From positions 11,594,001 through 11,658,000 of the forward strand of contig OZ249443.1 in NCBI GenBank assembly GCA_965235115.1: 64,000 nucleotides of DNA, read 5' to 3'. The notes under the pieces are model-generated. The model saw only the letters and a list, made by a program, of their open reading frames with translations. It was not told the DNA's origin and did no database searches. Of the stretch, positions 11,033-24,769 are shown in pieces (positions within the stretch are counted from its first letter, which is position 1; the number at the start of each line of letters is the position of its first letter). The stretch comes from Laetmonice hystrix (Eukaryota). The translations under genes were made by a program, and so were the position numbers.

Positions 11033-13284
11033 CAAGATGGCGCATGCGACAGAGGGGGTCTCTGGACGACGACCTTTTCTCAAACTTGACCTCTGACCTC
11101 ACAGACAGTTCATATTCAGAAACATGTCGGTGCGTATTCATCAAAATCAATGAAAACAAGTTGGAGTGATTCCATGTGTGCGTATAGTACGTTATGCGTG
11201 TTTTCATGGTTTTGATTACGCACTACGCAATACGCACTACGTACACATGGATTCCTGGCTTTAAACCCTGAGTATTTATGCAAACAAAATGTTTACGTGT
11301 GGCACCATGGATGGCGCATGTGGTACTCGGCACTGTGCCCGAAAGGTTCAGCAGATAATTCACGGGCCGGTCAGACCCCCTGAGCTCTGTGGATATTTCC
11401 CCATTATTCCATTAGGACCACCACCCGAAGGTTAACTCTATTGGTGGTCAGTAAGGCCCGTGCTGTTTGTGGGGGATTCTCTCAAAAGGACTGTGAACCC
11501 TGAGCCTATGATTGGTTCTATGCCTGGCTGGACTTGTGTTTGAAGGGATTCAAGAGGCAAGAGCCTGCCCGAAATGAGATTTTTCGCGCTCACAGAAAGG
11601 TTATGCAGAGTTCAGAGGTCTACATTGGAGGTCTTTGTAGGAGAAAGACAGGGTGAGATCGGGCCAGACAAGGGGTGGGGGTTGTCACCAACGACAAGGG
11701 GGGTATCAAGGTGTGTGAGTACCTGAGTACTTGTAGAAAGCCACCTTCCTGCAGCATATAGTAGTCGTAAATCTCATGCTACGTCATATACACGTTAGTT
11801 CTTTGGACCTTAAAGGCGATTTCTTTTTAAAATGTGAAACACTCGAAATGTCGGTAAAGGGTAGAAAGCGGCTTATAGAGAACCGTTTATCATCCCATAC
11901 TCGCCCACTAATGGCCAATGAGTGAGTACTCTCGCGAATGGCATGATAGATTTGCTGTCCAACGCCCGTGCTTTCTTTTGCTATGTAATGGAGTGCATGT
12001 CTATTACCGGCATATTCTCGGAGTCCTTGTATACTCTTACATATAATATCATTAGTGGTCAGAACGACTATTTTTGGTTCCTGAAGCAGCGTATTTTTAG
12101 AAACGGGTAGGCCCCCCCCTTTTTTTTTTTACTTCAGTCCCCAGGTGACAAAAGATGAAGGTAACAAGGTAGTCAGTGTATGGGTGTATGGGGGGATCAA
12201 TGGGTGCGCATACCGTGTTGGGGGGGGGGGGGGAGGGGAGGGGTGCCGGCGGCGTGCCGCGGTGCAGTACCGTTAGCCGTGCCAGTAATCAGCGCGCTCT
12301 GTATAGTCGAGGAAGAAACACAACCCAGCGTCGGTGTCTGAGACTGGCAGGTAACAATTACGGCTAGACGAGCTCTCTGAAATACCTGTACCGTCTTTTG
12401 GAAGCACAGCTGCCGAACTACAGGTGCAAAACGTCGATATGTTCGGCGCTCTCACCTGCACGAGAAGCTGCTTATAACCGACTGGAGGGGACTTCTGTCT
12501 GGGGCTTGGTCGGACATGCGCGCTGGGTTTATTGCCATCCATATATGTCATCAATGGGGAGAGCAGGGGAGGGGGGCTGGGGGACGGGGGTGGCCAGCCG
12601 TGGCGGGGGGGGGGGGGGGCTGGGGCTGGGGGCTGGGGGGCATCGATCAGTCGTCTGTACGTATCAGCCGGAAGCGAGTGATTCGATCGCACGAGTCGTG
12701 GATGAATCATTGAGAATGATAGCAATTCAGGAACAAATTGTGTCGATATCAGAACTGCCAGCCGGTAACGAATCCTCTACTATCGAGTCAACTGTTTGTA
12801 CTGACTTCAATTCATTCGGCAAGGAGACAAACCCTTGGAAACCATAGGTGTCAGACTGTATCAAAAATACAAGAATGCTAGAAAAATATAGACCTAGAGA
12901 TCTATTCGATGTGGGAATACGAAACCAAACGCCAGTAACTCTAATAATTTCGAGCAACTGGTTTCCATGAGGTATACGTCATGCAAGAGTTGTCGCTGTT
13001 CTATTTTCGTTACTCAGACGTGATTTGTTTCACATAAACCAACGTTAGCGTGCCACAGTGCATTCACATATCCTGACCGTAGCGAGGACAGAACAGTTAG
13101 GGTGAGGCCGTCACCATTAGGGATGGTGGTGCCGATGTGGCTTCGTGCTCGAGCTCTTTTTTCGGTTGGTAATCGACTGGATATTATATAGTGGCGTGAC
13201 CCGTCATAACGTCTCGTCTCCTCTGTTGGTAATGTCCAAATTATTATCTCTATATTTTTTTTGGATAAGTCAGGTCGTTTTATT

Positions 13285-13298
13285 CCGCCAGGTGGCGC
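13285..13298 (+). promoter_or_regulatory. CTCF-like motif
   Basis: CCGCCAGGTGGCGC. Motif match only. Confidence 0.4.
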
Positions 13299-14164
13299 GG
13301 CTCAGTGAGTTATAATGAGCTCTGCTTGGTGACGTTTCCATGCGCTCATCATGCCCGTTCTCCAGTCACAAATTGGTACCGCAAAAAGCGATGCCAAAAG
13401 TGTTGTTTAAACAATGATTCGGATTTTAATAGAGGGAGACATTGATTAAAAACCCGATGTGTTTAACTATTCCAGTTTCTTCTAGCGTTTTCCTTGGCCG
13501 CTTCCAGTTTTGTCCATGGAAACCCCCGGGTGCAGTCATATGGCCGTATCATATAGCTTCTGGCGTCAGCTCATGGCTTCCATCGTAAAAACAGCGTTCT
13601 GCTAATACAAACCCAACAAATGTCAAACAACAACGGCCTTATTCACGGCCTCCCGGCATGCTCTACCCCGGAAGTTGGGTCGGCCATTTCCGACACGTCA
13701 AGGGAACGCCTGGACTGAAGCCCCGTGTCGCTGGCGACGTGACTAAAACGTTGGTGTAGGTCGGGCAGTGTGCGCCGTGCTCGGGACCAGATTACATTGA
13801 GGCTACTGAGTATAAATCCTTGAAGAGAACGTTTGTGAAGACTGCAAGCAAGCGGATAGAAGTGAACGTATTTCTCGCCAGACTTGGCACACTGAATGTG
13901 ATATACTTGGTTCCTGCCTCACTATGCACACGTGCTGAGTGACTGGCCATCAGCTCTCGGCGGCCACGTCACGATAAACCAGGTTCCAGCTTTCAATAGA
14001 TGGCTGCTGTCGTGACCTTACGGGTGGGTGGCAAGTTTCGACCCTCGTGTTCATCTTTTACACGCATACAACAGCCTGTTTGATGGCAACCCCTTCCCCC
14101 TTCCCCCTCCCCCCATATTGGTGGCCCACACCTTCCGAACTTCTTAGATGTTAATAATACCCTT

Positions 14165-14402
14165 NNNNNNNNNNNNNNNNNNNNNNNNNNNNNNNNNNNN
14201 NNNNNNNNNNNNNNNNNNNNNNNNNNNNNNNNNNNNNNNNNNNNNNNNNNNNNNNNNNNNNNNNNNNNNNNNNNNNNNNNNNNNNNNNNNNNNNNNNNNN
14301 NNNNNNNNNNNNNNNNNNNNNNNNNNNNNNNNNNNNNNNNNNNNNNNNNNNNNNNNNNNNNNNNNNNNNNNNNNNNNNNNNNNNNNNNNNNNNNNNNNNN
14401 NN
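14165..14402. other. Assembly gap (238 N)
   Basis: Run of N characters. Confidence 1.
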
Positions 14403-14589
14403 CATGTACTGAGGTTATGGTCCAGGTGGCTGGTCTTTTCACTCCTCAGAGATTTAGGTCCATCCTATAATTGCTAAATGGCTCATGATGCCAATGCAAA
14501 TTCCAGCTTTTTCTAAGACGGGGGGAATTCGGTCCCTCTTAGTTACTATCTTAATGAAGATTAAAGTCTAGCCTTAACATTCCGTGCTG

Positions 14590-14900
14590 ACTTTGGACGG
14601 CGGGCGGTACTCAGATCACGTGACCCCTTCCACGTCTTCCATTGGTCGGAGCCCTGCCAGGGAAAGGTCAGCACAGAGGTCACGTAGACCGGACGTGTGC
14701 GAGTCACGACCAGCCTCGCTCTCGCGACGTTTGGCGTGGACGCTGCATACAGACGCCACACTCCTAAATTGGACTATTTCGGTGAATCTCAAAGATTACC
14801 TGATTGGTTTGTGGTCTCCGCTCCTCACACCGAGCGACAGGCTGCTCCATGAGGCTCACCGTCTCTAAGATGACGTCATAGAAGCCAGGCGACCCACGAC
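14590..14900. promoter_or_regulatory. CpG-rich promoter/enhancer-like motif cluster
   Basis: TCACGTGA E-box (14616), two ATTGG boxes, GGCGGG and the palindromic CRE ATGACGTCAT. No transcript evidence. Confidence 0.3.
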
Positions 14901-17178
14901 CGCGCGCAGATCCCTTAATAGACGCATGCCATTACATTATCGCTCAGTTATGCCAATACAACAAGAATATTCATTGGCTGCGGCTATTACGGGGGTCATA
15001 CAACATGCCTGTTTTAGGAAAAATTGATAATGCTATATTTTTGTCTATGCAAGGGTAACTCTACCCAGAGGTCGTACGGTGCACAGACAGTAAACGTACC
15101 GTGTCTGCACTGGGCTGGTTCAATCAAGATTCACACAATGCGTCTTTGATGTCGTGGTTGAGAGTCGGGCTGCTTGGAGCTCGGGTCTTTGTGAAATACG
15201 GATCAATGGAGCCTGAGCGTGAGGAGCCATGTCGTCAACAACCTCGGCCCAATGGAGACGACCATTCATTGGTGGCTAATAATGAAACCAAATGTCAGCC
15301 AGGTGGTCGTATTCTGACTGATTCCCCCACTATCAAAATAGTACCCAGTCAATAAACAGAGGCGCGCACGGCCTTTCAAAGGGCCTTGATTTACGACCAT
15401 AAAATGTTAGTTTTGCTGAATGTTTCAGACTTGACGATGTCAGGAATGGGGAGTGGGGCCGCCAGGAGCCCGTGTCACGAGCGTACCACTCTGTCTGATG
15501 AATTGTGGTCGACTGATTAGTTGTAATTAGGGGATTGGGGATGTTTGTGGGTTCGAGATGTCGAACCGATGAATGCCGGGCGCATTTCGGTCGCATTTCG
15601 TTCCTTGAATGCGACTCGCCTTCCCGTCCGGCGAGGCTGTGATTTTGACTGGCATGTCTGATTCCTTGGGATCCATCGAGGTCTGAAATGGAAGGTGGGT
15701 CTGACGGTTAAAGCAAATTACCTCGCTCACTGCAAGACGGGCAGCACGTGTATGGCGCGCCATGTAATGAGAGATAAGTTATTATTCCGCTCCCCCCCCC
15801 CGGTTTCCGTTCGCTGCCCCCACTATGCAGTTTGAACCAATTCGATGAAATATTACGCCAACGTAAATAGCACACTGCGTCCGTGCAGCAGACGACATGA
15901 CGTGAAAATAACGTCACGACGTGTCAGACGAGGGTAAGCGGAGGTTTTTGGACGCTCCGAACGGGGATTGCAGGAAGATCACTTTGAGATCGGAGAATCA
16001 GCGGGTTTTACAGTTCCTTATTACAAAACTAACGGCTGACGTTTTTGCAACCCCTGCTACAGGCATTAATACGTTTTGAATGATATTGGTTGGAGCAGAG
16101 TTTGTGTAGCCAGCCGTGCTGGATGGAGCAATGAAAGGAAACTTTCCGGTACAATGATATGATGAAGAATTACGTGTGTGCTAATAGAGCTACAGAGAAC
16201 ATGCAAGCCATTTATATCTGAATCATTCCTCCTTCAAACTTGAGCATATCGCATACGTCTCATCAATCAACACTTCTCTCTGCCGCTCCACCGGCCTCTT
16301 TACAAACGGGGATATTTGTTATTCATACGTTTACTAAAGTAAGTTAGGCTTGAATGAATAATCATGTACTTATGAACATGTGCCCAGCAAAACACCTAAA
16401 TATATGCGGATAGGGTAGGCAAGGCAGGCATGCAGACAGCCTGCTGTCGGCCACTGAGCCCCGTGCACGCGAATCTCATCATATTTAATGGATGGAACTT
16501 GGGCCTATCGCAAATGACATCGCATTACCCAGAAAAAAAGAATCCATCACAAGATATTGGAGCAGACACCGTTCTTGAAATGGGCGTTTGTCAACGGGGC
16601 ATGCGTAGGTTACTGTAAGATGGACCAGGAGAAAGACCAACAAATAGATTGTTCTACGGCACCCGTTCTAGGTCCTGGACAGAAGCCTTAATTAGCGAAT
16701 ATCTTAATTACTGAGGACCATATTAATAGGATCTAGGTTTGGGTTTAATAAGTTGGACGCCTTGTTTGTCACGTGTAGGTGTCCCGGCGTCCTGACTCTA
16801 GATGTGGTAAGACAGAACCCGGGGCTGGCCTTTCTGAACCCAGGTAAACCCAATTAACGACCTCTTCATAGAAAACAATGTACTCGCAGCTAATGAGGTT
16901 CCACACACGCCGAGGTCTAAAATTAACCACGGGTACTTTATAGAGGTAGCTGGTTAAGTAGTGTAATTAATGTCGATTGTATCAGGGAAAATAGGAAACA
17001 ACCGTTCTCGTTACAGAACAAATATAGAGATTTCATAGGGCTTTTTTTTCACAATGTTCGGAGGATACCAACGTAGCAGCGTTTTCATACCGAAGTAGCA
17101 GCGTAGGGTGTGTGTGGAGGGACCTTGCCTCTGATATACTCTATACGTCATCCATCCCCGTACCTGGCCTGACGCCCC

Positions 17179-17463
17179 CCACCACCACCACCACCACCAC
17201 CACCACCAGCACCAACCTGGCCTCAATAGGGGGAGATCTCCACCCCCCCCCCCACTCCCGGCACAAGGCGCTGGGCGAGGGGTGCCATGGTACCCCTGTT
17301 ACCCCGTACGGGGGTTCGGCCACACACCCCTCTACCTTTTGATGAAGTCTGTCGGCTGAGGAATCTATGGCATGTTTGGTTGCAGAGCTGGCCACGAGAT
17401 CTGCGGTTCTCAGCAAGTCTTGGAAACTAAGGGCTTGGTTCTGGGGTTCGATCCTCTCTCATC

Positions 17464-17526
<63 letters not shown>
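17179..17526. repeat. (CCA)n at about 17179-17208 and (CT)n at about 17455-17526
   Basis: Direct reading. Confidence 0.9.
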
Positions 17527-17528
<2 letters not shown>

Positions 17529-19245
17529 CTTTGGGAAAGGGTTGACCTCGATAAGGAAGGCACCGAACACCCGCAAAGTTCTGTCTGCTGCAACTGTGAT
17601 CAGGCTATCCTTTTTGCTCTACAGAAATTGTTTACCCCCCCCCCCCCCCCACACCACCAAACCCTACTCCACCCCGCCCTCCTGGGTACAGTTTGATGGG
17701 GACCATTAATCGCCCAAGCCGAACCCTGAGCACCCTCTTCCCGGGGCCCTTGCCGTATTTCACCCTCACCCCACCACACCTGAACCACCCGCTGATAAAC
17801 TGGGCGTTACCTGTTAAGAGATCAAACCCTTCCACAAGGCCCTTACTGCGAGTTCAACCCCACCCCCATCCCCAACTCCCCACCCCAGCCCTAACATCCC
17901 ACCCCCCAGCCCCAACTCCCCACCCCCAGCCGCAGGCCCTTTCCCTGCTCGAACCTTCAAACCTCTCCCATCCTTCAATTTCCCAGAGCCAACCCTTGCA
18001 GCCTCTACCCGTAACACCCCACCCTCGGGGTCAACTCAACCCCTTATCCGGGTTATATACCCTCAAGGATGTTAACCCTGGATACATGGCAGGGGATGGT
18101 TATCGAACTCATGCGCGGAAGGTTATTTTTGTCTCCACCACCTATCTTAGTTTGATACAAGAGACAGATATCACGATGAGATATCTTGACCTGACGATAC
18201 TGGGGTGCATTCCGAGCGTGCTCGCCTAAAATTGGGAAATCGGAAACATAGGTGTGTAGATATACGGCATTGCTTGTCGATCTTCTAATCTGTCAGCTCG
18301 GTAAGAAAAAACGGTGAGCGGGGATCAATGCTGTGATGACGATACCTTGATCATGAGGTACGCTGTTGCTCTGGCGAAGTTGTATTCCTCAAGAAGACTT
18401 AATGAAGTTTCCCTTCAACGGTTTTCATGACATTGGCTGAAACCGTCTCGTAGTGGAATCCTTTCAAGGTCGTCAAAACGGACCTGTACCTCACATGGTA
18501 CTATATCTTACATTACTTCTTACTCGGGAGACGAAAGCCGACCACTCCCCAAACATTATCATTGAAATCTTATCTTTTTTATGTAACATTTTATAAATAA
18601 TAAAAGAATACTCCGTACCTGAAAGAACTACTTGGGTTTCCACATCCCGCCGTTTATATTCGTACTATAGTTTTACCTGAATCTGTAAGACACCGAAGTC
18701 TAAAGGTTTCTCCTGAGATAACACTGTTGTGATTACTCCCTTCCCACTCCAGTCCTCTTTGCTGGAGGTACGGTTTTTCCAGACATGACACTCTAGAAAG
18801 CAATCGCTCCCCGCTCCAGTTGACTTTGCTGGAGGTACGTTAGGCTCAAGTTGAAGTGTAGAATGCTGAGGTGCGTTTGGGAACACTTGTTTCATCTCGT
18901 TCGTGAAGTGCAGGTATATAGATTACCAACCAGCGGTGATGACGTACACGTGCATGCATGAGAGTGTAGCGTGAGGGTAGATGGGGTAGGAAGGGGTGGC
19001 CATGTCTCTAGGCTGTCACGTGAGTAATCGTACACAACATGACGAAAGCAACCAGCCAACCGGATAAATTACGGACCAATAAACATGTCTATTCTCGGCA
19101 GTAACGACGTCCAGTTTCCGTCATCGGTAACTGCGGAGAGGGCGGCTAACGGTGTTGTGTATGTTTTATGCTTATACGTATATTCACCTGATCCGCGGAG
19201 GGGGGGGGGGGGCACAGGGAGCTGAGAACGTCAGCATCTTCCCAA

Positions 19246-19425
19246 GGGGGTTTATAGCTCCGCAACTGCTAGGTGATATCGAGGCGGTCGGTTATACTGG
19301 TGGAGGAGACCGGAGTACCCGGAGGAAACCTCCGACATGTAGCAGGTGCATGAAAACCTTCTCACATGTTGAGGAGCCCTGTGATCACAATCCCTAAACC
19401 ACTGCGACACAATGGTCCCAGCCCC
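19246..19425 (-). mobile_element. Diverged tRNA-derived SINE copy (B-box region deleted)
   Basis: The reverse strand has an A-box-like tgtcgcagtgg, the core ggtttcctccgggtactccggtctcctccacc, and a 3' part ccgcctcgatat...gctataaacccc that matches the 26621 copy. Confidence 0.72.
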
Positions 19426-20224
19426 AGGAGACTTCCTGGGCCTGTTGTCTGTAGTAAATAGACCATGAGGCCGCTGTGGATGAGTAGCTTTGACACCTGG
19501 CCTCGCCCACTTGGGGCTCGCTCCGGTCGTGGAAATGGTCCGGGAGCAGAGACCAGCCTGTCGGAGTGGTCATAGCTGAATCCGACTGACCCTGGCTGAC
19601 GAAGATGTACTGCGCCCACGTCTATACATGTAACGTGGGAAATGAAGCGATGATGAAGTGGGGGCAACGTACGACAAACGTCCCTATACGAGCTGGTAGA
19701 TGAGTGCTATTCATCAGGCAATACAAGTTACCTATGGGTCTACAGCAATCAGTGCTTGTCTCCGAATTCCCATCGACCCATGGAAATGAGATTTGTTGCA
19801 AACGACATTGCTGGGTTGCAAACGACATTGCTGGACACTGTGTGTAGTGAAGGTCGATCGGATATGTACGTGACTGAGCCTAATTCTAAGTCCGCCAAAT
19901 GAAATCCGAGTTGTTATTTAACTCTGAAATGTCCAATCCTAAATCAGCACAGATAATGATCAGATCACGCCTTGTGTAACATCAGGTAAGTTTCTCGTAA
20001 CTTAATCCGGGAGTGGCACTGAAGACGAAGGCAGGGATGATATAACAAGCTCGCTGGGTTATTACATGCGGTCGTTCTTGTCGTCAAAGGACCCTGACTT
20101 GTACGTGGGAACTCCTTCTTGTTACTTGGCGCGGGTTGGTCGTTTTCCCAGATACTCTTTCCCTCCACCAGTCAAACTGGCCGCCACAATTGAAATCTGG
20201 CTGTTGTTGAGGCGCTAGTAGCAG

Positions 20225-20290
20225 GGAGAGAGACAGACAGACCAGACAGACAAAGACAGAGAGACAGACAGAGATAGAGAGAGAGAGAGA
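20225..20290. repeat. (GA)/(GACA) compound microsatellite
   Basis: Direct reading. Confidence 0.85.
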
Positions 20291-20387
20291 GTTTAAATTG
20301 AGATAGCTGCTAATTTAAAGGACGGCGGAGATCAATTTGAGACTGAGGAGTGTATAGCAACAAACATTGCCAATGTTTTCTTTCAAG

Positions 20388-20920
20388 TGCAGAATCGCAC
20401 CGTGGTGAATATTCAAGTGGAGTTCGTGACAGTCAGAGGACGGGCTACTTTAATTTATTTAGCATTCAACACTATGACATGAACAAGCAGGAACTACACC
20501 TGGACTTGAAGAATGGCAATCGCCTAACACATCAGTTTGCTCTGAACACATTGAGACAATACGGTGAGCACGTTCTCGACATTTCTGTACCTCCAATGTA
20601 TTTATGAATATTCCTGGCTGGGTCGGACGGGACAAGAGGCGGTTGAAATATGGCGTTGTTTTGTTTTGTTTAGTCAGTGTCTCACTGTCCACTGACGTTC
20701 CCTAGGGGAGTGCAGGACATCACGCTATCCGACCTCCCCCAACTCCCGTCTGGCGTCCTCAATCCATGGGGCGTCCGACGTCTCATCGATTACCTCCGCC
20801 TTGCAGTGGACGATAATGGAGGGACCCGAGACCTGTGGTTTTACAGGAATCCTGCCGACCTGTAGGCCTACACAAGCCGAGATCAGTTAGTGCAGATCTT
20901 AGGTTTGGTCTGGGGAAAAG
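20388..20920 (+). pseudogene. Candidate two-exon coding remnant of unknown identity with one in-frame TAG
   Basis: Exon A (from about 20388/20393 to 20563, donor G|gtgagc), 114-nt intron, exon B 20678-20920 (acceptor ttttgtttagtcag, donor AAG|gtaagc). Phases match. The only exonic stop lies inside TAGGCCTA at 20863. No family recognised. Confidence 0.3.
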
Positions 20921-23900
20921 GTAAGCTGGTTCCCGGATCTGACACTAAGGTTGATAATAGACGGTACAGACGTTGGCTGTGACTGGTCACACTCGAATTC
21001 TGAGAACCAAGCTTCCATTGGTGAACCTAAAATAGCTTGGGGACACCCCGTTGTTTCGGCCGGAGTAAGGTCCTCGCGCTTGGGGTCGCTGGCGCTCATA
21101 CGCATCGAAATAGAATCCTGCCGGATCCGGAAATACGTCATAAGAATGACATTCACTGTTTAAAATGGCGGACATTACCGGCTCCTCCCTGTGGATGAGC
21201 GCCAGCGACGCCTATCGAGACGGCCGGGAACCAGCGTAGGGGAGAGGGGACCTTCTAGCGCCAACCAGACGACACGGCCGAGTTACTGTCATGCAGGGGA
21301 CGATAGGCATGTCATGTACGTAAATTAATTCGGCACATTTTACATCATCCGGGTCCCAAAATGACGCCGTTGTATCAACCTTTTGACCCAGACCCCTACT
21401 GTTTGACAGTCTGGAGCTTTTATGCATTAGGCCTAAGACTAGTGAATGGGGTGGGGGGGGGGGGTGTGGAAGTTAACCCCCTGTTGGCAGTATTTCAGCC
21501 ATATGCAGCATGATAGATAAACACCCAAAACTCTCACTTAATCTTAATCTTAACGGCCAGCCTGGCCCAACAGGCCTTCGTTTGCTAGTTCCCATCTACC
21601 CCTCAGGAACAAAGGAACACAGTTCACTGCTATTTCTTAGCTATTTAGCTACGTCCGCAGCGTCTGCCAAAGCTCGATCGAAATATATCATTTCTACTTA
21701 GGCGAACCCAGCCACTGGGCCAGGGCACCGCAAGCTCTGGGGGTTTGTATGGGTTCAAGCCCCGGTCTTGGCCGAGTCTAATGAAGTGAGACAGTTTCCA
21801 TATCTGCCCAGTTCGTCTCAGCTAGACTTGGCAGTTGGTGCGAGCGAGTGTGTTCTGCCGTTTAACTAGTCGGCATATACACCAAGCCGCTCGGTCTGGC
21901 TGAGTCTAAGGCAATTATGACGCGTGTGTTGATTGATGGGGGCGGCTTCATGATGGCAGAACTCTGTCAGAATGGAAGAGGAGTGATTGTGCTGTGCTCC
22001 ATGTCCCTGTGAGCATCCATCACTTGTTGACACAAGAATACCACAGCTTCACGTCACGGGATGGGGACGCGTCGTGAAAAAGGGCGCTAGAGGCACTCGG
22101 CCGTTGATCTAGCCGTGGCCCCCTCGACAACAACCCGTTCTAACGATCAGGGCTGCCGAGTCTACCTTTGTTCGTTGTGAGCTGATTTGGAGGGGGAGGG
22201 GGTTGCAGGTGAGGTGGATTACAGGGTGGTGGGCGTTTGTATTACTGGCTTTCAATACTAAAGGACTTCTCTGCTCTATCATCTCAGAGTACCGGTTCAT
22301 TTCTATTTATTTTGGCGCATTGGCAAGTACCATTCAAGTAGTTATAGGCCTGCAATAACACTTCAGGTCCCATAATTGTGTAGCCTACTCATCGGCGATG
22401 CGACGGTTAAAAGAAACATAAAGGTCTACTGACTTCTGAAGACAGAGACTGACAGACAGACAGACAGGGTCGAACGACGGGAAACATTTTCTTCTATTTA
22501 CTTAAATGGGGGGGGGGGGGGGGGGGGTTATTACGTCCGGCCATTTAAAGTTTTCTTTCGAGGCTTCCCGGCACGTCACATTCTGTTCACTGCTCTCTGC
22601 GGTGACGCGTTGAACGCAATAATTGCAATCTCAGCTTTGGTTCTCCTCCTTAATGGAAAACTGGTCCCTAGGGAATCCGATTCTCGCCACCTGCGTATAT
22701 CCAGCCACATTTGGTCGTGAACACTCGTAGACCTGTCTGAGGGTCTAACCGCTTGACGTGGAGACAACCCCGTGTCCATGGTAACAGAGACTGTCTTTGA
22801 GCATGCGTAACATAGCCGGAAGGAACGCTCGGTGGGTCATGACTTCATTGGCGGTCCAGGTTTAAGTCCTTTGATGTACCTAAAGTGTCCATGTCAACCG
22901 GTCCCCTTTCCCGGTGTCATGCCTGTGGGAATATTAGACGCTGTTGAATATGCCGATCCATGATATTGACACGCCCGTAGCCTTGTCTGATATCAAACAA
23001 CCCATTCATTGGCCCTTTCTGACTCACTGCCTCCTATTTGCAATGGCAACATTTTCATCCTATTGCAAATAATTGACCTGTACGGACGAGAAGCCGTCAA
23101 ATGAGAAATTAGTTTACATCTACTCAGAACGTACACACTGCACATAACGCTGACTGACTCTTCCAGACTGTGTGCTGACATTTATGTGGATGGCTTAGGA
23201 AAGCAACAAACCGTTGCTTTCTGTATAGGAATTCGAATGATGCGCTAGTAGTAATGTTCATAATGTGGTTGCAATAACAAGAATCAGAGAGGGATCCGAA
23301 GTCCACTTTCTCTTTTCGCCGACGCCATGGTGTATTTTGGAATGTCTTATTTCCCACATTCCGAGGACTTATGAGATAAGAGGTGCCAACACTCGCTCCG
23401 ACACTAGCCGCCTTGGCGTGAAACAGATGGTCTGTGGTTTTTTGGCGTACACCTTGGATGGCAGACTCGGCCTGCGCCAACCAAGAGGTTGTACAATGTT
23501 CTGACTGGTGTGGTACCTGCGGGTACTCTGCGTAGGCTCTGCTGTCCGACTTATGCCCGTTCCCACGGAAGAAAATAAGGAAATCTGGACGAAGCAGGTC
23601 AGTGGGCCGATCTATGGGGGCGTGGAGGGCCAGCTCTGCCGACATCAGCATGGAGGTGCTGTTGGTTCGGGTGTACCTACGTAAACAAACTTGCCGGCGA
23701 TCCGTCAGGCGCGACGGCAGTGCCACCCTTTTGTACGTTGGCCTTCGTGGTGTCCTGAATCAGACGTCACGCCATCGCTTTAATAGTATAGACAGGTGGG
23801 GAATTACCCCCAGCCCCCACCCCCGCACAAAAAACGGCCAAGATTGGGCCGGGTGATCTAAACAAGAGGCAGTACAAGCTAGTCAAGTCCATGTTTACCT

Positions 23901-24769
23901 CGCTCGATGCTGATAGTTGGTTTTCGGCTGGCGGCCCAGCTCCTCACCAACACTCTGTTATCTGCTATCTTTGTGAAGCGGTGGGCTGGTTGGACATGTG
24001 TGAGGATCTACTCTCTGCGATATCCACGAGGGTGTCCGCTCCCACTGGTGGGTGTGGGCTGAGCTGTGGATCACAGGACATGATGCTCGCCTCAGGGTTA
24101 TGGGTTGATAATCTGACGCCTGTCTCTGACGCCAAACCCTGTGTGTCTTTAATAGAAGCGTTGAGCGGCCATGTGAGCGATCACCGTTCTTTGTAGGAGC
24201 GGGACCTTTGGGCGGAGAGAATCTGATTACCAGGTTGTACTGCGGCGTGGGTCGGCGAACAGCGACTTTATCAATGTCGTTCTCGGCAAAGGTCACGCCA
24301 GCGTATCGACGGCCTGTCCCCGACCCCCACTGCCCGCTACCCCCGGCGACGCGTTGGGTGGGGCCGGGGCTGGCAAACGTCACACCTTCCCAGGGCCACT
24401 GCTGACCGCTCAGGTAGTCATCAGGTCATCGTGGTGGCTCCCCAAGGCCGCCGATCTGTCCTTTACTGGTAAAGCAACGACAAGATGATGTCGGACGGCA
24501 GTCAAGCCCACTGCAGGAACTGTGGTCCGCTGGCGTGCGGCAGGGACAGAGGATCTTACCTCGTCATGTACGACCACGCCACAACGGTAAGACGTCAACA
24601 TAGGGCAGCAGCAGCAGCAAATGCGCAGCAAATGCTTGCATGAAGGAACATATTCCATGCCTGTAGGCTACTTTAGATACAGATACATGCCTGAACGTTT
24701 ACAGCAGCAAAATAGTTATCAGTAGCGCTGTATCCTGCGTGCATATATAGTGCTTAATCCAGGAAAATA

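Noticed and set aside
13993-14477. ORFs spanning poly-X
   Set aside because: They are artefacts of the N gap.
18218-18240. U6 snRNA-like 5' fragment (gtgctcgc...ctaaaattgg)
   Set aside because: Only two short discontinuous matches, and the rest of U6 is absent.
23124-23726. 200-aa minus-strand ORF
   Set aside because: No recognisable motif and a TTG/GTG-type start. About one such ORF could arise by chance in 64 kb of six frames at this GC content.
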